Origin: Bacteroidales bacterium UBA1215 | GTDB taxonomy: Bacteria; Bacteroidota; Bacteroidia; Bacteroidales; WCHB1-69 | Direction: 5' to 3' | Length of the DNA stretch: 60,212 nucleotides | Assembly (NCBI GenBank): GCA_002309475.1 | Contig: DBXJ01000077.1 | Location: 3,471 to 63,682, forward strand | Shown: positions 18,403 through 28,243 of the stretch, one piece after another | How positions within the stretch are numbered: the stretch's first letter is position 1 | Layout of the letters: each line of letters begins with the position of its first letter | The notes under the pieces: generated by a model | Database searches by the model: none | What the model was told of the DNA's origin: nothing | The model's input: the letters and a program-made list of their open reading frames with translations, nothing else | Position numbers and translations under genes: made by a program

Positions 18403-19886
18403 TATTTTCTCATTCTTGCAACCGGAATACCGAGTTGTTCTCTATATTTTGCCACCGTTCTACGTGCTACATGATATCCTTTTTCTATCAACATATCACA
18501 AAGAGCCTGGTCGGTCAAAGGATTGTCCTTGCTCTCTTCATCGATAGCATCTTTGATAATTTTTTTGATTTTTCTTGTTGACACATCATCTCCTTCAACC
18601 GTGGTGATAGACTCTGAAAAAAAGAATTTCAATGGAATAGTACCATATTGGGTAAGCACATACTTTTCTTTTACCACACGTGAAATTGTTGATACGTCCA
18701 CCTCTATTTCTTTTGCAATATCATTTAAAATCATTGGTTTGAGCATCATCTCGTCTCCCGTTAAAAAGAATTCTTTTTGATGCTCCATAATAGAAGTCAT
18801 GGTTTTATAAAGAGTGGTTTCCCGTTGAGAAAGTGCTTCTATAAACCATTGAGCGGCATTCACCTTTTGGCGAACAAATTCCATTGCTTCGTCACGTTCT
18901 TTTTGAGCAATATGTTCGTTGTTTTTCAATTCATCGTACATACTTTCGTATTGTTTACTCAGCCGTAAACGTGGTAATTTTATATTTGGCATCAATAGTT
19001 CTAAGGTCTGCTCTCTTTCGTCAACTACCACTTCAAAGTCAGGAACGATTGATGCGGCACCGGTGGCGACAAAAGTACCTTCACCCGGTTTGGGATTCAG
19101 ATTTTTAGTAATAAAATCTATAGCCGAATGAAAATCTTCGTCAGAACAGGCTAAATTCTTTTTGATTCTGTCAAAACGTTTTTTTGTAAATTCATCGTAA
19201 TGATCTGCAACTATTTGTTTGGCCAAACTAATAATATTTGTTTCAGGTTCTATTCTTTCCAACTGGATGAGCAGACACTCACGCAAATCTCTTGCACCTA
19301 TGCCGGCAGGTTCCAAACGCTGTACTACATTTTTTATCAATTTTTCCACGTTTTCCTCCGTAGTGGAAATATTCATAGCAAACAACATATCTATTGCCAA
19401 TTCTGCACTACTTCTTTGGATATAACCGTCTTCGTCAATACTGCCGACAATAAAGTTGGCAATTTTTCTATCTTCGGCCGACAACATCAATAAATCTAAC
19501 TGTGCCAACAGATTTTCCTGGTAGGTTTCGTTGGAGACTTGAGAATTTTCCATAAAACTTCGGCGTTCTTCATCATCGTCACGCGGTTTCATACTCGGAC
19601 CGTCATAATTGTCGTATTCTCTGGAAAAATACTCTTCCACCAAATCTGTATTTCTTGATTCATCAGAATTTTCTTCATAACGTTCAGTATTGAGCATATT
19701 TTCTTCCTCGTTCATTGACGAAGGCTCCTCATCCACCTCTTCCAAAGCAGGATTGGACTCCAATTCCTCGTTGATACGCTGTTCCATCATAACAGTCGGA
19801 ATTTGAAGTAATTTAATAAGCATTATTTGACGAGGATTCAATTTCTGCGTCAATAACATCTCTTCTCTTTGACTTTGTTTCATCAT
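18402..19886 (-). CDS. rpoN: RNA polymerase sigma-54 factor
   Basis: 494 aa. Gln/Leu-rich region I, acidic region II, and the C-terminal RpoN box ARRTVAKYREQLGIP. Confidence 0.9.
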   Translation of the reverse strand: MMKQSQREEMLLTQKLNPRQIMLIKLLQIPTVMMEQRINEELESNPALEEVDEEPSSMNEEENMLNTERYEENSDESRNTDLVEEYFSREYDNYDGPSMKPRDDDEERRSFMENSQVSNETYQENLLAQLDLLMLSAEDRKIANFIVGSIDEDGYIQRSSAELAIDMLFAMNISTTEENVEKLIKNVVQRLEPAGIGARDLRECLLIQLERIEPETNIISLAKQIVADHYDEFTKKRFDRIKKNLACSDEDFHSAIDFITKNLNPKPGEGTFVATGAASIVPDFEVVVDEREQTLELLMPNIKLPRLRLSKQYESMYDELKNNEHIAQKERDEAMEFVRQKVNAAQWFIEALSQRETTLYKTMTSIMEHQKEFFLTGDEMMLKPMILNDIAKEIEVDVSTISRVVKEKYVLTQYGTIPLKFFFSESITTVEGDDVSTRKIKKIIKDAIDEESKDNPLTDQALCDMLIEKGYHVARRTVAKYREQLGIPVARMRK

Positions 19887-19911
19887 AATAGTTGCCTTTG
19901 AATTGGGACTA

Positions 19912-19919
19912 CAAAGGTA
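19912..19919 (-). promoter_or_regulatory. -7 box (TAccTTTG, minus) for the rpoN-tadA unit
   Basis: Plus strand caaaggta, ~25 nt upstream of ATG 19886. Confidence 0.45.
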
Positions 19920-19948
19920 ATAAAAATTTCTATATAAACGAAAAAAAA

Positions 19949-20854
19949 TTAATTAGACCTCATTTGTGAAGGTTTGATTCGCCCCCAGACAAACTTTGGT
20001 ACCGACTTATCAACTAGTTTTGCATCTAATTGTAATTTACTACCATTAAGCACATAATCTTCTATAAATCTGATAGTTTCACTTATACGCAATAGTGGCA
20101 AACCTGCTACTTCATGAGCACAGCCCTGATAACGATAAAACTGATATGGATAACCGAATTTCTTGAAACGTTTGGCAATAGCATTTGCACCAAAAAAACC
20201 TAAATTGAAAAAAGTAATACTTTTATATGTCACTAATTTATCTTCTGTTCCATGCAACATAAACACCGGACAAGGCGGATTGATATAATCTATCAATCCT
20301 TCACGCGAAAATATTGCACCCGAAAAAGATACAACACCGGCAAAATTAAAATTCTCTGGCAACACTTTTGACAATTCCATCCGCCTGCATAGCATATATT
20401 CCGATTGCATAACAGAGACAGCTCCGGCACTGCTGCCTATCAAAACAATTTTTGAAGTATCAATTTTTAATTGCTGCTGATGCTCTATCAAATAAGCAAC
20501 TGCACTATACAAATCTTCACTGGCAATCATAATGGCATTGTGAATCTGTTTAATCGGAATGCCTGACAATTTCTGTCCCTTCAATGCCAGTCTGTAGTCA
20601 ATGGCAACAACTTGAAAGCCGCTATCTTGCAATGCTTTAAAATACTCTACATTCTCTGCTCCCAAACGAGAACCCATCATAAAGCCTCCGCCAAACATAT
20701 AGACAATGCAAGCCCTTGGCACACCTGTCGGATAATAAATATCTAACATCAGATTATAAGTGTCTTTTTGTGCATATTGATAAGTTGCCACCTGCTGGGC
20801 AAACATCGTCTGCGACAAAAACACAACAAGCAATACTAACAAAATTCTTTTCAT
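19949..20854 (-). CDS. Secreted alpha/beta-hydrolase (esterase/lipase-like)
   Basis: 301 aa with a signal peptide, oxyanion-type MFGGGF, nucleophile elbow GSSAGA, and late HG/H residues. Confidence 0.7.
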   Translation of the reverse strand: MKRILLVLLVVFLSQTMFAQQVATYQYAQKDTYNLMLDIYYPTGVPRACIVYMFGGGFMMGSRLGAENVEYFKALQDSGFQVVAIDYRLALKGQKLSGIPIKQIHNAIMIASEDLYSAVAYLIEHQQQLKIDTSKIVLIGSSAGAVSVMQSEYMLCRRMELSKVLPENFNFAGVVSFSGAIFSREGLIDYINPPCPVFMLHGTEDKLVTYKSITFFNLGFFGANAIAKRFKKFGYPYQFYRYQGCAHEVAGLPLLRISETIRFIEDYVLNGSKLQLDAKLVDKSVPKFVWGRIKPSQMRSN

Positions 20855-20974
20855 ACTATGCTTTCGTTTTTATTATCAACGATTTTTTTTTGCTTTTATT
20901 ACCTATGGAAAAAATAAACTTTATTTTGTTGAATACTTATGCCGGCAATAATAAAAGCATGCCATTTGTTTCAT

Positions 20975-20982
20975 TACCTTTG
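20975..20982 (+). promoter_or_regulatory. -7 box (TAccTTTG) for ddl
   Basis: cattacctttgttt, ~33 nt upstream of ATG 21016. Confidence 0.45.
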
Positions 20983-21015
20983 TTTGATTTTTCTAACCAA
21001 TAATCAGTCATAACT

Positions 21016-22002
21016 ATGAAAGCAAAAATTGCAGTTGTAACAGGAGGAAACTCAGGAGAATACGAAATTTCTTTAAAGAGCGGGAAAAATATTGCCGATC
21101 AATTAGATCGTAACAAATACGATGTTTATCTCATTCATTTACGGGGTAGCCAATGGACCTACAAAACCGACAACGATGAGATTATTCCTATTGACAAAAA
21201 CGATTTTTCACTCACTTTGAATGGTCAACACATAAATTTTGACTGTGTTTTTGTGGCCATACATGGCGACCCTGGTGAAAATGGAAAATTGGAAGGATAT
21301 TTAGATATGCTCAACATTCCTTATACAAGCTGCAGCACCATGGTATCGGCTTTGACTTTCAACAAAAATTATTGCAACCGTGTGGTCAATTCCTATGGAA
21401 TTACAACGGCTCCTTCGGTGCATTTGTTCAAATACGACCACATAGACCCACAAGCCGTCATCGACAAAGTCGGTCTGCCTTGTTTTGTAAAACCATGCAA
21501 CTCCGGTTCCAGCGTAGGCATGTCAAAAGTCAACACCAAAGAAGAATTATTGCCGGCATTGGAGACTGCCTTCAAAGAAGATGACCAACTCTTGGTGGAA
21601 ACTTTTATCAAAGGAAGAGAAATCACTTGTGGCATCATGAAATATCAAAATGAAATTCAAGTGATAGGTATCACCGAAATTATCAGCAAAAAGGAATATT
21701 TTGATTTTGAAGCCAAATACGATCCTTCATTGGCCTATGAAATCACCCCTGCCCAAATTCCTGTTGACATACAAGAATTGTGTGAAGAAACATCCAAAAA
21801 AGTTTACAAAGCTTTGGATTGCAAAGGAATTGTTAGAATTGACTATATTTTTAACGACAGCGGATTGTATTTTATAGAAGTGAATACCATTCCCGGACAA
21901 ACTCAAGAAAGTATTGTCCCCAAACAACTTAAAACCAAAAACCTGCAATTTACCACTCTCTGTTCCTACTTTATTGACGAAGCAATTGCTAACAAAAAAT
22001 AA
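21016..22002 (+). CDS. ddl: D-alanine--D-alanine ligase
   Basis: 328 aa. HGDPGENGKLEGYLDMLNIPYT, the ATP-grasp FVKPCNSGSSVG block and EVNTIPG. Confidence 0.9.
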   Translation: MKAKIAVVTGGNSGEYEISLKSGKNIADQLDRNKYDVYLIHLRGSQWTYKTDNDEIIPIDKNDFSLTLNGQHINFDCVFVAIHGDPGENGKLEGYLDMLNIPYTSCSTMVSALTFNKNYCNRVVNSYGITTAPSVHLFKYDHIDPQAVIDKVGLPCFVKPCNSGSSVGMSKVNTKEELLPALETAFKEDDQLLVETFIKGREITCGIMKYQNEIQVIGITEIISKKEYFDFEAKYDPSLAYEITPAQIPVDIQELCEETSKKVYKALDCKGIVRIDYIFNDSGLYFIEVNTIPGQTQESIVPKQLKTKNLQFTTLCSYFIDEAIANKK

Positions 22003-22057
22003 AACTTTATTCATAACGAAAAAAATGCTTGCCTCCGCAAGCATTTTTTTATTTCAT

Positions 22058-24136
22058 CTAATAGGCACCGCTATATTTTCTAATAAACCATTCCACCGAC
22101 AACAACAAAACAATTATTAGCAACAAAGGCCAATAACTTGACAACAATTGATAAGTTTTGTTGTAGTGTGCCACCGATTTAATAGTTTCGTTGTCAACAA
22201 TAGCTTTGTATAGTTTGTCGAACTCTTGATTGGAAAAACACCTTCCTTCGCTTTGTGCCGCCAAATTAACCATCAACTGATAATCCGCTGTTAGATTTAC
22301 ACTTTCCAAATTCACCTCTTTGACGGTAAAATAACCGGATTGTGAATATTTTTTGTTATCCATGTTAGTGCTTGCCTCCCATTTATATGTGCCTTTCGGG
22401 AAAATGCCTGCCTCCAATTGATAGGCACGTCCGACACGAGAAAACAAAAATTGGTGAGTGCCGTTTTCTCCTTGAATGGTCATTTGCACTTCCGGCTCAT
22501 TGACGAGTTCATAGTTCATATTGTACAATTCTGCATCAAATATCACTTCTTCGTTCTCGGCATAAATTTGCTTGCCGGAAACACGGAAAAAACTTTGATT
22601 TTCTTTGGTGCCGATATATTGAAACACTTTCAATATCAACTCATCAAATTGATCGTGTGTTTCGGAATACATATAATCATACAATCTCCATCGCCACAAT
22701 CCGTCTCCAAAAAATATCGCCGAACGGGCACCTTCTCCATAGCTAAACACCAACAAAGGATAATTGGTCTCCACCTCTCCGATTTTTTGCAACAAGACAG
22801 CACTGCTATTGGGAGAAAGACGATATTTGCCGAACGGCACTTCCACCGGAGACAATACATCTATCATCTCTGTAGTTGACGAAGTGAAAGAAATGCCTGA
22901 ATAACTTTTATCTAATATAGGATATACGGTATTTTTCAAATTACCTTTTACATCTATTGCCATACCAAGGTGGCAATCATTGAAAAAATGATAATCTTTC
23001 ATGCTTGCCAGCACATAAAAACAAGGCACTTTTGCCTTTTCTATCTCCTGCACTATCCGCATATCCGCATTATTGGATGGCACTCTATGCATGACCACCA
23101 TATCATAATCCGCCACTTTTTTACCATTGAAATTGCCGGCAACAAATGTCTCCACTTGATAGGCTTCGCTGGATTGCAAAGCAGAGACAATGGCAGCTAT
23201 ATCGGGATGCGGTGACTGATATACAATCGCCACTTTTTTCCGGCTGTCCAACACCTCCACCACCACTTCTCTATGGTTGTTGATGGTAGTAACTTCGTCT
23301 TCTATTTCCGACAATTCCACCCGATAATTGAGCAAGCCTGCTTTTTTTGCTTCAAATGACAGTTTTACCCATTTTGAAAACTCGTTGGAAGTAATATTTA
23401 TCGACTGTTCGTGTACTTTTTTATTGTTTTCATATATAGTCAACAAAGTGGTTTTTCCCGCCAGTTTGTCGGCTTTTACCAACACTTCTACAGGGAAGAT
23501 ATTGTTGAGATAAACTGTCTTGTTATAATTTACTTTGGCTACGAGTAAGTCTTTCTTAACAGTAGTATCTCCCAAAGCCATGGTATAAATACTTGTCGGT
23601 AATTTTTCAGCTACATACAAAGGAGAACTGCCCGTATTGAAGATTCCATCGGAAAACAGCACTACCGCTCCAAGATTGCGTTGATAATAAGCATTTTCCA
23701 ATTCATCAAAAAAGGCCGACAAATTAGTGCTTTTGTCCGAAAAATCTACCTTTTGCCCTTTTCTGCATTCTTCGCCCAAGAGATAGGTTTCCACTTGATA
23801 TTTTTTGGATAATCTTTCCACCAATCGGTCGATATTTTTTTGAAAATCAACTTGATATTGATCATTTTTGGCAGCTATGGCAATGGATGACGAATTGTCA
23901 ATACCCATGGCAATAATCGGTTTTTCTACCTCTTTTTGGGTATGTACCATCAATGGACGAATAAGTAGAAAAGCAATTAAGGAAATGGCCAAACTACGAC
24001 AAACAAAAAGCAGAATTTTCAACTTCTTTTCTATGTTGGGAACAGGCATTTTCCAATATATGATGGAAGCACAAGCTATTCCGAACAAAATGCACAAAGG
24101 CACGAAAAGAAAGGAATATTCTGCGGAGAAATTCAT
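22058..24136 (-). CDS. Membrane protein with a vWA-like (MIDAS DxSxS) domain, function unknown
   Basis: 692 aa. Two N-terminal TM helices, GIDNSSS (DxSxS) shortly after, and a C-terminal TM helix. It lies 7 nt downstream of ileS on the same strand. Confidence 0.45.
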   Translation of the reverse strand: MNFSAEYSFLFVPLCILFGIACASIIYWKMPVPNIEKKLKILLFVCRSLAISLIAFLLIRPLMVHTQKEVEKPIIAMGIDNSSSIAIAAKNDQYQVDFQKNIDRLVERLSKKYQVETYLLGEECRKGQKVDFSDKSTNLSAFFDELENAYYQRNLGAVVLFSDGIFNTGSSPLYVAEKLPTSIYTMALGDTTVKKDLLVAKVNYNKTVYLNNIFPVEVLVKADKLAGKTTLLTIYENNKKVHEQSINITSNEFSKWVKLSFEAKKAGLLNYRVELSEIEDEVTTINNHREVVVEVLDSRKKVAIVYQSPHPDIAAIVSALQSSEAYQVETFVAGNFNGKKVADYDMVVMHRVPSNNADMRIVQEIEKAKVPCFYVLASMKDYHFFNDCHLGMAIDVKGNLKNTVYPILDKSYSGISFTSSTTEMIDVLSPVEVPFGKYRLSPNSSAVLLQKIGEVETNYPLLVFSYGEGARSAIFFGDGLWRWRLYDYMYSETHDQFDELILKVFQYIGTKENQSFFRVSGKQIYAENEEVIFDAELYNMNYELVNEPEVQMTIQGENGTHQFLFSRVGRAYQLEAGIFPKGTYKWEASTNMDNKKYSQSGYFTVKEVNLESVNLTADYQLMVNLAAQSEGRCFSNQEFDKLYKAIVDNETIKSVAHYNKTYQLLSSYWPLLLIIVLLLSVEWFIRKYSGAY

Positions 24137-24143
24137 TGCAAAA

Positions 24144-27100
24144 CTATGCTTTTCGTATCAACATATCCACTTCCAGATTTTCAATCAATTCTACATGGAA
24201 TTTGTCTTGGTCGACAATTTGTGGCACCATGGTCAACTCTGTTGCCAATGTTTCTGAGCAAATATAATTTGTGAAACGTGCTATCACACCTTGCAAAGCA
24301 TCTGCATGGCTGATGGTGACCACGATTTTATCCATTACGTCGAAATGGTTGTCTTTTCTATAATTTTGAATACGATTGACAATTTCTCTTGCCAAACCTT
24401 CTTCTTGCAATTCGGTAGTGACGGTAATATCCAAAGCTACTGTCAGGCTGTTTTCATTAGCAACCACCCAACCGGGGATATCTTGTGTAAATATTTCCAC
24501 ATCGGCCGTTGTCAAAACTACATCCTGACCTTCAATTTCCACATGGTATTCACCATTGAGTTCTATTTCGGCAATTTCTTTTTGTGAGAAAGAAGCCACT
24601 CGCGTTGCAATCGATTTCATTATTTTGCCGTATTTTGGTCCCAAAGTTTTGAAATTGGGTTTGATAGTTTTTACCAAAACATCGTTATCGGCAGACAAGA
24701 ATTCTATTTCTTTTACATTTACTTCGCTAAGAATTAAATGTTTTACTTTGCTTACCTGTTCTATAAAATGATCGCTGTGAGCAGGAATAACTATTTTTGC
24801 CAATGGCTGACGCACTCTTAGATTGTTGCGTTTTCGCAATGACAATACCATGGAAGATATTTGTCGTGCCAACTGCATTCTTTCTTCTAACGATTTATCT
24901 ATATAAGCCTCTTGTACTTTCGGGAAATCCACCAAATGTACAGAATTGGCAGCATAACGTCCGCTTACTTGATTCAAATCGTTGAACAATCTGTCAGCAA
25001 AAAACGGTGCTATAGGTGCTATCAACTGAGCAAGTGTTTCCAAACAAGTATAAAGTGTTTGATAAGCGGAGATTTTGTCGTTGCTATAGTCACCTTTCCA
25101 GAATCTTCTACGACACAAACGCACATACCAATTGCTTAAACATTCATCTACAAATACTTGAATAGCTCTGCCGGCTTTGGTAGGCTCGTAATCTGCAAAA
25201 CTGCTGTCGACTGTTTTTACCAAAGTATTCAATTCTGACAATATCCAGCGGTCAATTTCAGGACGATCTTGAATGGCAATATCGGCTTCTTTGTAAGCAA
25301 AACCGTCTATATTGGCATACAAGGCGAAAAATCCGTAAGTATTGTACAAAGTGCCAAAGAATTTTCTTCTTACTTCGTCAATACCGTCTATGTCAAATTT
25401 CAAATTGTCCCAAGGCTGTGCGTTGGTAATCATATACCAACGAGTTGCATCCGGTCCGTATTGCTCCAATGTTGTAAACGGATTGACTGCATTTCCCAAA
25501 CGCTTCGACATTTTATTTCCGTTTTTATCCAATACCAATCCATTGGAAATAACTGTCTTATATGACACTGTATCGTCTATCATGGTGGCAATTGCATGCA
25601 AGGTAAAAAACCATCCACGAGTCTGGTCAACGCCTTCTGCAATAAAATCTGCCGGAAAAGAGTCTTTTATACTATTGAAAGGATAATGATATTGAGCATA
25701 AGGCATGGCACCGCTGTCGAACCATACATCCACCAAATCGGTTTCCCGAGTCATTTTTTTGCCGGATGGTGACACCAAAAATACATTGTCAATATAAGGA
25801 CGATGCAAGTCAAAGTCATCATAATTGGTTGATTGATACGGATTTTCGGTCATAAATCCTGCTTTGATAGCTTTATCTATTTCTTGTCGTAATTGCTCTA
25901 CAGAGCCGATACAAATTTCCTCATCGCCATCTTCGGTACGCCAAATCGGCAATGGTGTTCCCCAGAAACGTGAACGGGAAAGATTCCAATCCACCAAATT
26001 TTCCAACCAATTGCCGAAACGACCCGAACCGGTGGCTTCCGGTTTCCATTGGATAGTCTTGTTCAATGCTATCATTCTGTCTTTTACTGCCGTAGTACGA
26101 ATAAACCAACTGTCCAAAGGATAATACAATATAGGCTTGTCGGTACGCCAGCAATGCGGATAGTTGTGGGTGTGTTTTTCTATCTTGAAGACTTTGTTTT
26201 GCAATTTCAACATCACACACAAATCCACATCTAAAGTGGTATCTTTATCGGTTAAATTCGGATCGTAGGCATTTTTAACAAATCTGCCTTCGTATTCTTT
26301 GTAGGCATCTACATTAACACATTTGTTTACAAAATCGGCATCCATGTCGCTGAGGAGCATAAATTTACCGGTTTTGTCCACCATAGGTTGACGTTTGCCG
26401 TCTTTATCTATTAAAAACAAAGGTGGAACTCCTGCCAATTTGGCTACACGGTCATCATCAGCACCAAAAGTGGGAGCTATATGCACTATACCGGTTCCAT
26501 CTTCGGTGGTAACATAATCTCCACCTATCACTCTAAAGGCACCTTCGCCCGGATTTACCCATGGTACCAATTGTTCGTATTCTATTCCTATCAATTGTTT
26601 GCCTTTGCATGTTGCCAACACTTGGTAAGGAATATTTTTGTCGCCCTGGTGATAGTCTTCCATCTTCAATTCGGCATTTTTCTCCGGGAAATGTGCATGC
26701 AGCAATGCTTCTGCCAACACTAAATAAACCGGCATGCCGGAATAAGGATTGAAAGTTTTTACCAATAGATAGTCTATATTCGGGCCAACGGCTAATGCGG
26801 TATTAGACGGCAAAGTCCATGGCGTAGTGGTCCATGCAATAAAATACAAATTGTCAGGTATTGTATTCTTGCCGTCTATTTCCACCGGAAATGCCATTTT
26901 TTGAGCGGGTTTTACATGAAACTGTGCCACACAAGTAGTGTCTTTTACATCTCTGTAGCAACCCGGCATATTCAATTCGTGTGAACTCAAGCCCGTGCCT
27001 GCTGCCGGAGAATACGGTTGAATGGTATATCCTTTGTACAACAATCCTTTTTCATAAATTTTTGACAATAAATACCACAAAGTTTCAATGTATTCATTTT

Positions 27101-27557
27101 TAAAAGTGATATAAGGATCTGACAAATCGACCCAATAGCCCATTTTGCGGGTAAGGTCGTCCCACAAATCTTTGTATTGCATCACCTCGCTACGGCAAGC
27201 CTTGTTATAGTCGTCAACAGATATTTTTTTCCCGATATCTTCTTTGGTGATACCCAGTTTTTTCTCTACACCCAACTCTACCGGCAAGCCGTGTGTATCC
27301 CAGCCGGCTTTACGTTTTACATAGTATCCTTTTTGCGTTTTGTAACGGCAAAAAATATCTTTAATGGTACGAGCCATCACATGATGAATACCCGGCTGTC
27401 CGTTGGCAGAAGGAGGTCCTTCGTAGAAAACAAAATTAGGTTGTCCTTCCCGAATACGCATACTTTCCTCAAAAGTATGGTTTTCCTGCCATTGTGCCGA
27501 TATTTCCTTTGCTAACTGCGTTAAATCTAATTTCTCGTACTCTTTATATTTATTCAT
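24144..27557 (-). CDS. ileS: Isoleucine--tRNA ligase (long, type-2-like form)
   Basis: 1137 aa. PSANGQPGIHHV (HIGH region), the CP1 editing insert and KMSKRLGN (KMSKS). Confidence 0.95.
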   Translation of the reverse strand: MNKYKEYEKLDLTQLAKEISAQWQENHTFEESMRIREGQPNFVFYEGPPSANGQPGIHHVMARTIKDIFCRYKTQKGYYVKRKAGWDTHGLPVELGVEKKLGITKEDIGKKISVDDYNKACRSEVMQYKDLWDDLTRKMGYWVDLSDPYITFKNEYIETLWYLLSKIYEKGLLYKGYTIQPYSPAAGTGLSSHELNMPGCYRDVKDTTCVAQFHVKPAQKMAFPVEIDGKNTIPDNLYFIAWTTTPWTLPSNTALAVGPNIDYLLVKTFNPYSGMPVYLVLAEALLHAHFPEKNAELKMEDYHQGDKNIPYQVLATCKGKQLIGIEYEQLVPWVNPGEGAFRVIGGDYVTTEDGTGIVHIAPTFGADDDRVAKLAGVPPLFLIDKDGKRQPMVDKTGKFMLLSDMDADFVNKCVNVDAYKEYEGRFVKNAYDPNLTDKDTTLDVDLCVMLKLQNKVFKIEKHTHNYPHCWRTDKPILYYPLDSWFIRTTAVKDRMIALNKTIQWKPEATGSGRFGNWLENLVDWNLSRSRFWGTPLPIWRTEDGDEEICIGSVEQLRQEIDKAIKAGFMTENPYQSTNYDDFDLHRPYIDNVFLVSPSGKKMTRETDLVDVWFDSGAMPYAQYHYPFNSIKDSFPADFIAEGVDQTRGWFFTLHAIATMIDDTVSYKTVISNGLVLDKNGNKMSKRLGNAVNPFTTLEQYGPDATRWYMITNAQPWDNLKFDIDGIDEVRRKFFGTLYNTYGFFALYANIDGFAYKEADIAIQDRPEIDRWILSELNTLVKTVDSSFADYEPTKAGRAIQVFVDECLSNWYVRLCRRRFWKGDYSNDKISAYQTLYTCLETLAQLIAPIAPFFADRLFNDLNQVSGRYAANSVHLVDFPKVQEAYIDKSLEERMQLARQISSMVLSLRKRNNLRVRQPLAKIVIPAHSDHFIEQVSKVKHLILSEVNVKEIEFLSADNDVLVKTIKPNFKTLGPKYGKIMKSIATRVASFSQKEIAEIELNGEYHVEIEGQDVVLTTADVEIFTQDIPGWVVANENSLTVALDITVTTELQEEGLAREIVNRIQNYRKDNHFDVMDKIVVTISHADALQGVIARFTNYICSETLATELTMVPQIVDQDKFHVELIENLEVDMLIRKA

Positions 27558-27600
27558 TGCTAACTGAATATGTATTGTGTTTACAAAATTTTCAAAATTG

Positions 27601-27608
27601 CAAAGATA
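27601..27608 (-). promoter_or_regulatory. -7 box (TAtcTTTG, minus) for ileS
   Basis: Plus strand caaagata, ~44 nt upstream of ATG 27557. Confidence 0.45.
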
Positions 27609-27631
27609 ACACTTTTTTTTGGAAAAAATGC

Positions 27632-27763
27632 TTTTTTTTATTGATTATATAGATTCTACATAGATTCAACAAGCAATTTTTATGGTTTTTTTTTCAAAAA
27701 AAAATTTTTCATTATAAATCTGTTTTATATAATTTTTTTTTGTATATTTGCGAATTGAAAATT
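27632..27763 (+). promoter_or_regulatory. Repeated promoter-upstream module, copy B (contains -7 box TAtaTTTG at 27743-27750)
   Basis: See copy A at 7960-8084. Copy B carries an extra 11-nt tandem duplication (atagattc tac atagattc). Confidence 0.7.
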
Positions 27764-27871
27764 GATACATTTTTTTAATTTGATAGTTGTGAATGCAAGC
27801 ATGGCTGTCATTTACTGAAACGGACTAAACAAATTGAATAAAAAATTAAATTATTAACATAAATTTTAGCT

Positions 27872-28135
27872 ATGAAAAGAATTTTGATAGTAGCAGCAGT
27901 AGCTGCATGGGTAGCAGGCGTGGCCTTGACAGCTTGCAATACAAACAAAACAGCCGAAGAGACAAGCTCTAATGTCAACGGAATATGCGGTCATAGACCA
28001 CAAGACGTACATATCTATATTGAAGATGCAGACAGCGGAGTTGCCAATTTTACCGACAAAACCACAAATGAAACATGGAAAGGGTCGTTTGTAAAGGTTG
28101 ACAGCTTAACATGGGTTATACACTGTGACCAATAA
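27872..28135 (+). CDS. Small (87-aa) hypothetical lipoprotein
   Basis: Signal peptide plus lipobox LTAC, with a terminator hairpin 29 nt downstream. No family recognised. Confidence 0.55.
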   Translation: MKRILIVAAVAAWVAGVALTACNTNKTAEETSSNVNGICGHRPQDVHIYIEDADSGVANFTDKTTNETWKGSFVKVDSLTWVIHCDQ

Positions 28136-28163
28136 GGTTAACCCTATCTTATAGAAAAAAATA

Positions 28164-28195
28164 ACAGCAATATCTTAGTAAATATTGCTGTTTTT
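28164..28195 (+). terminator. Rho-independent terminator after the 87-aa lipoprotein gene
   Basis: ACAGCAATATcttagtaaATATTGCTGTtttt: a 10-bp stem plus a T-run. Confidence 0.65.
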
Positions 28196-28243
28196 ACTAT
28201 ACATACAAGAAAAGGATTGATTTTACAGAATAAATAAAATGAT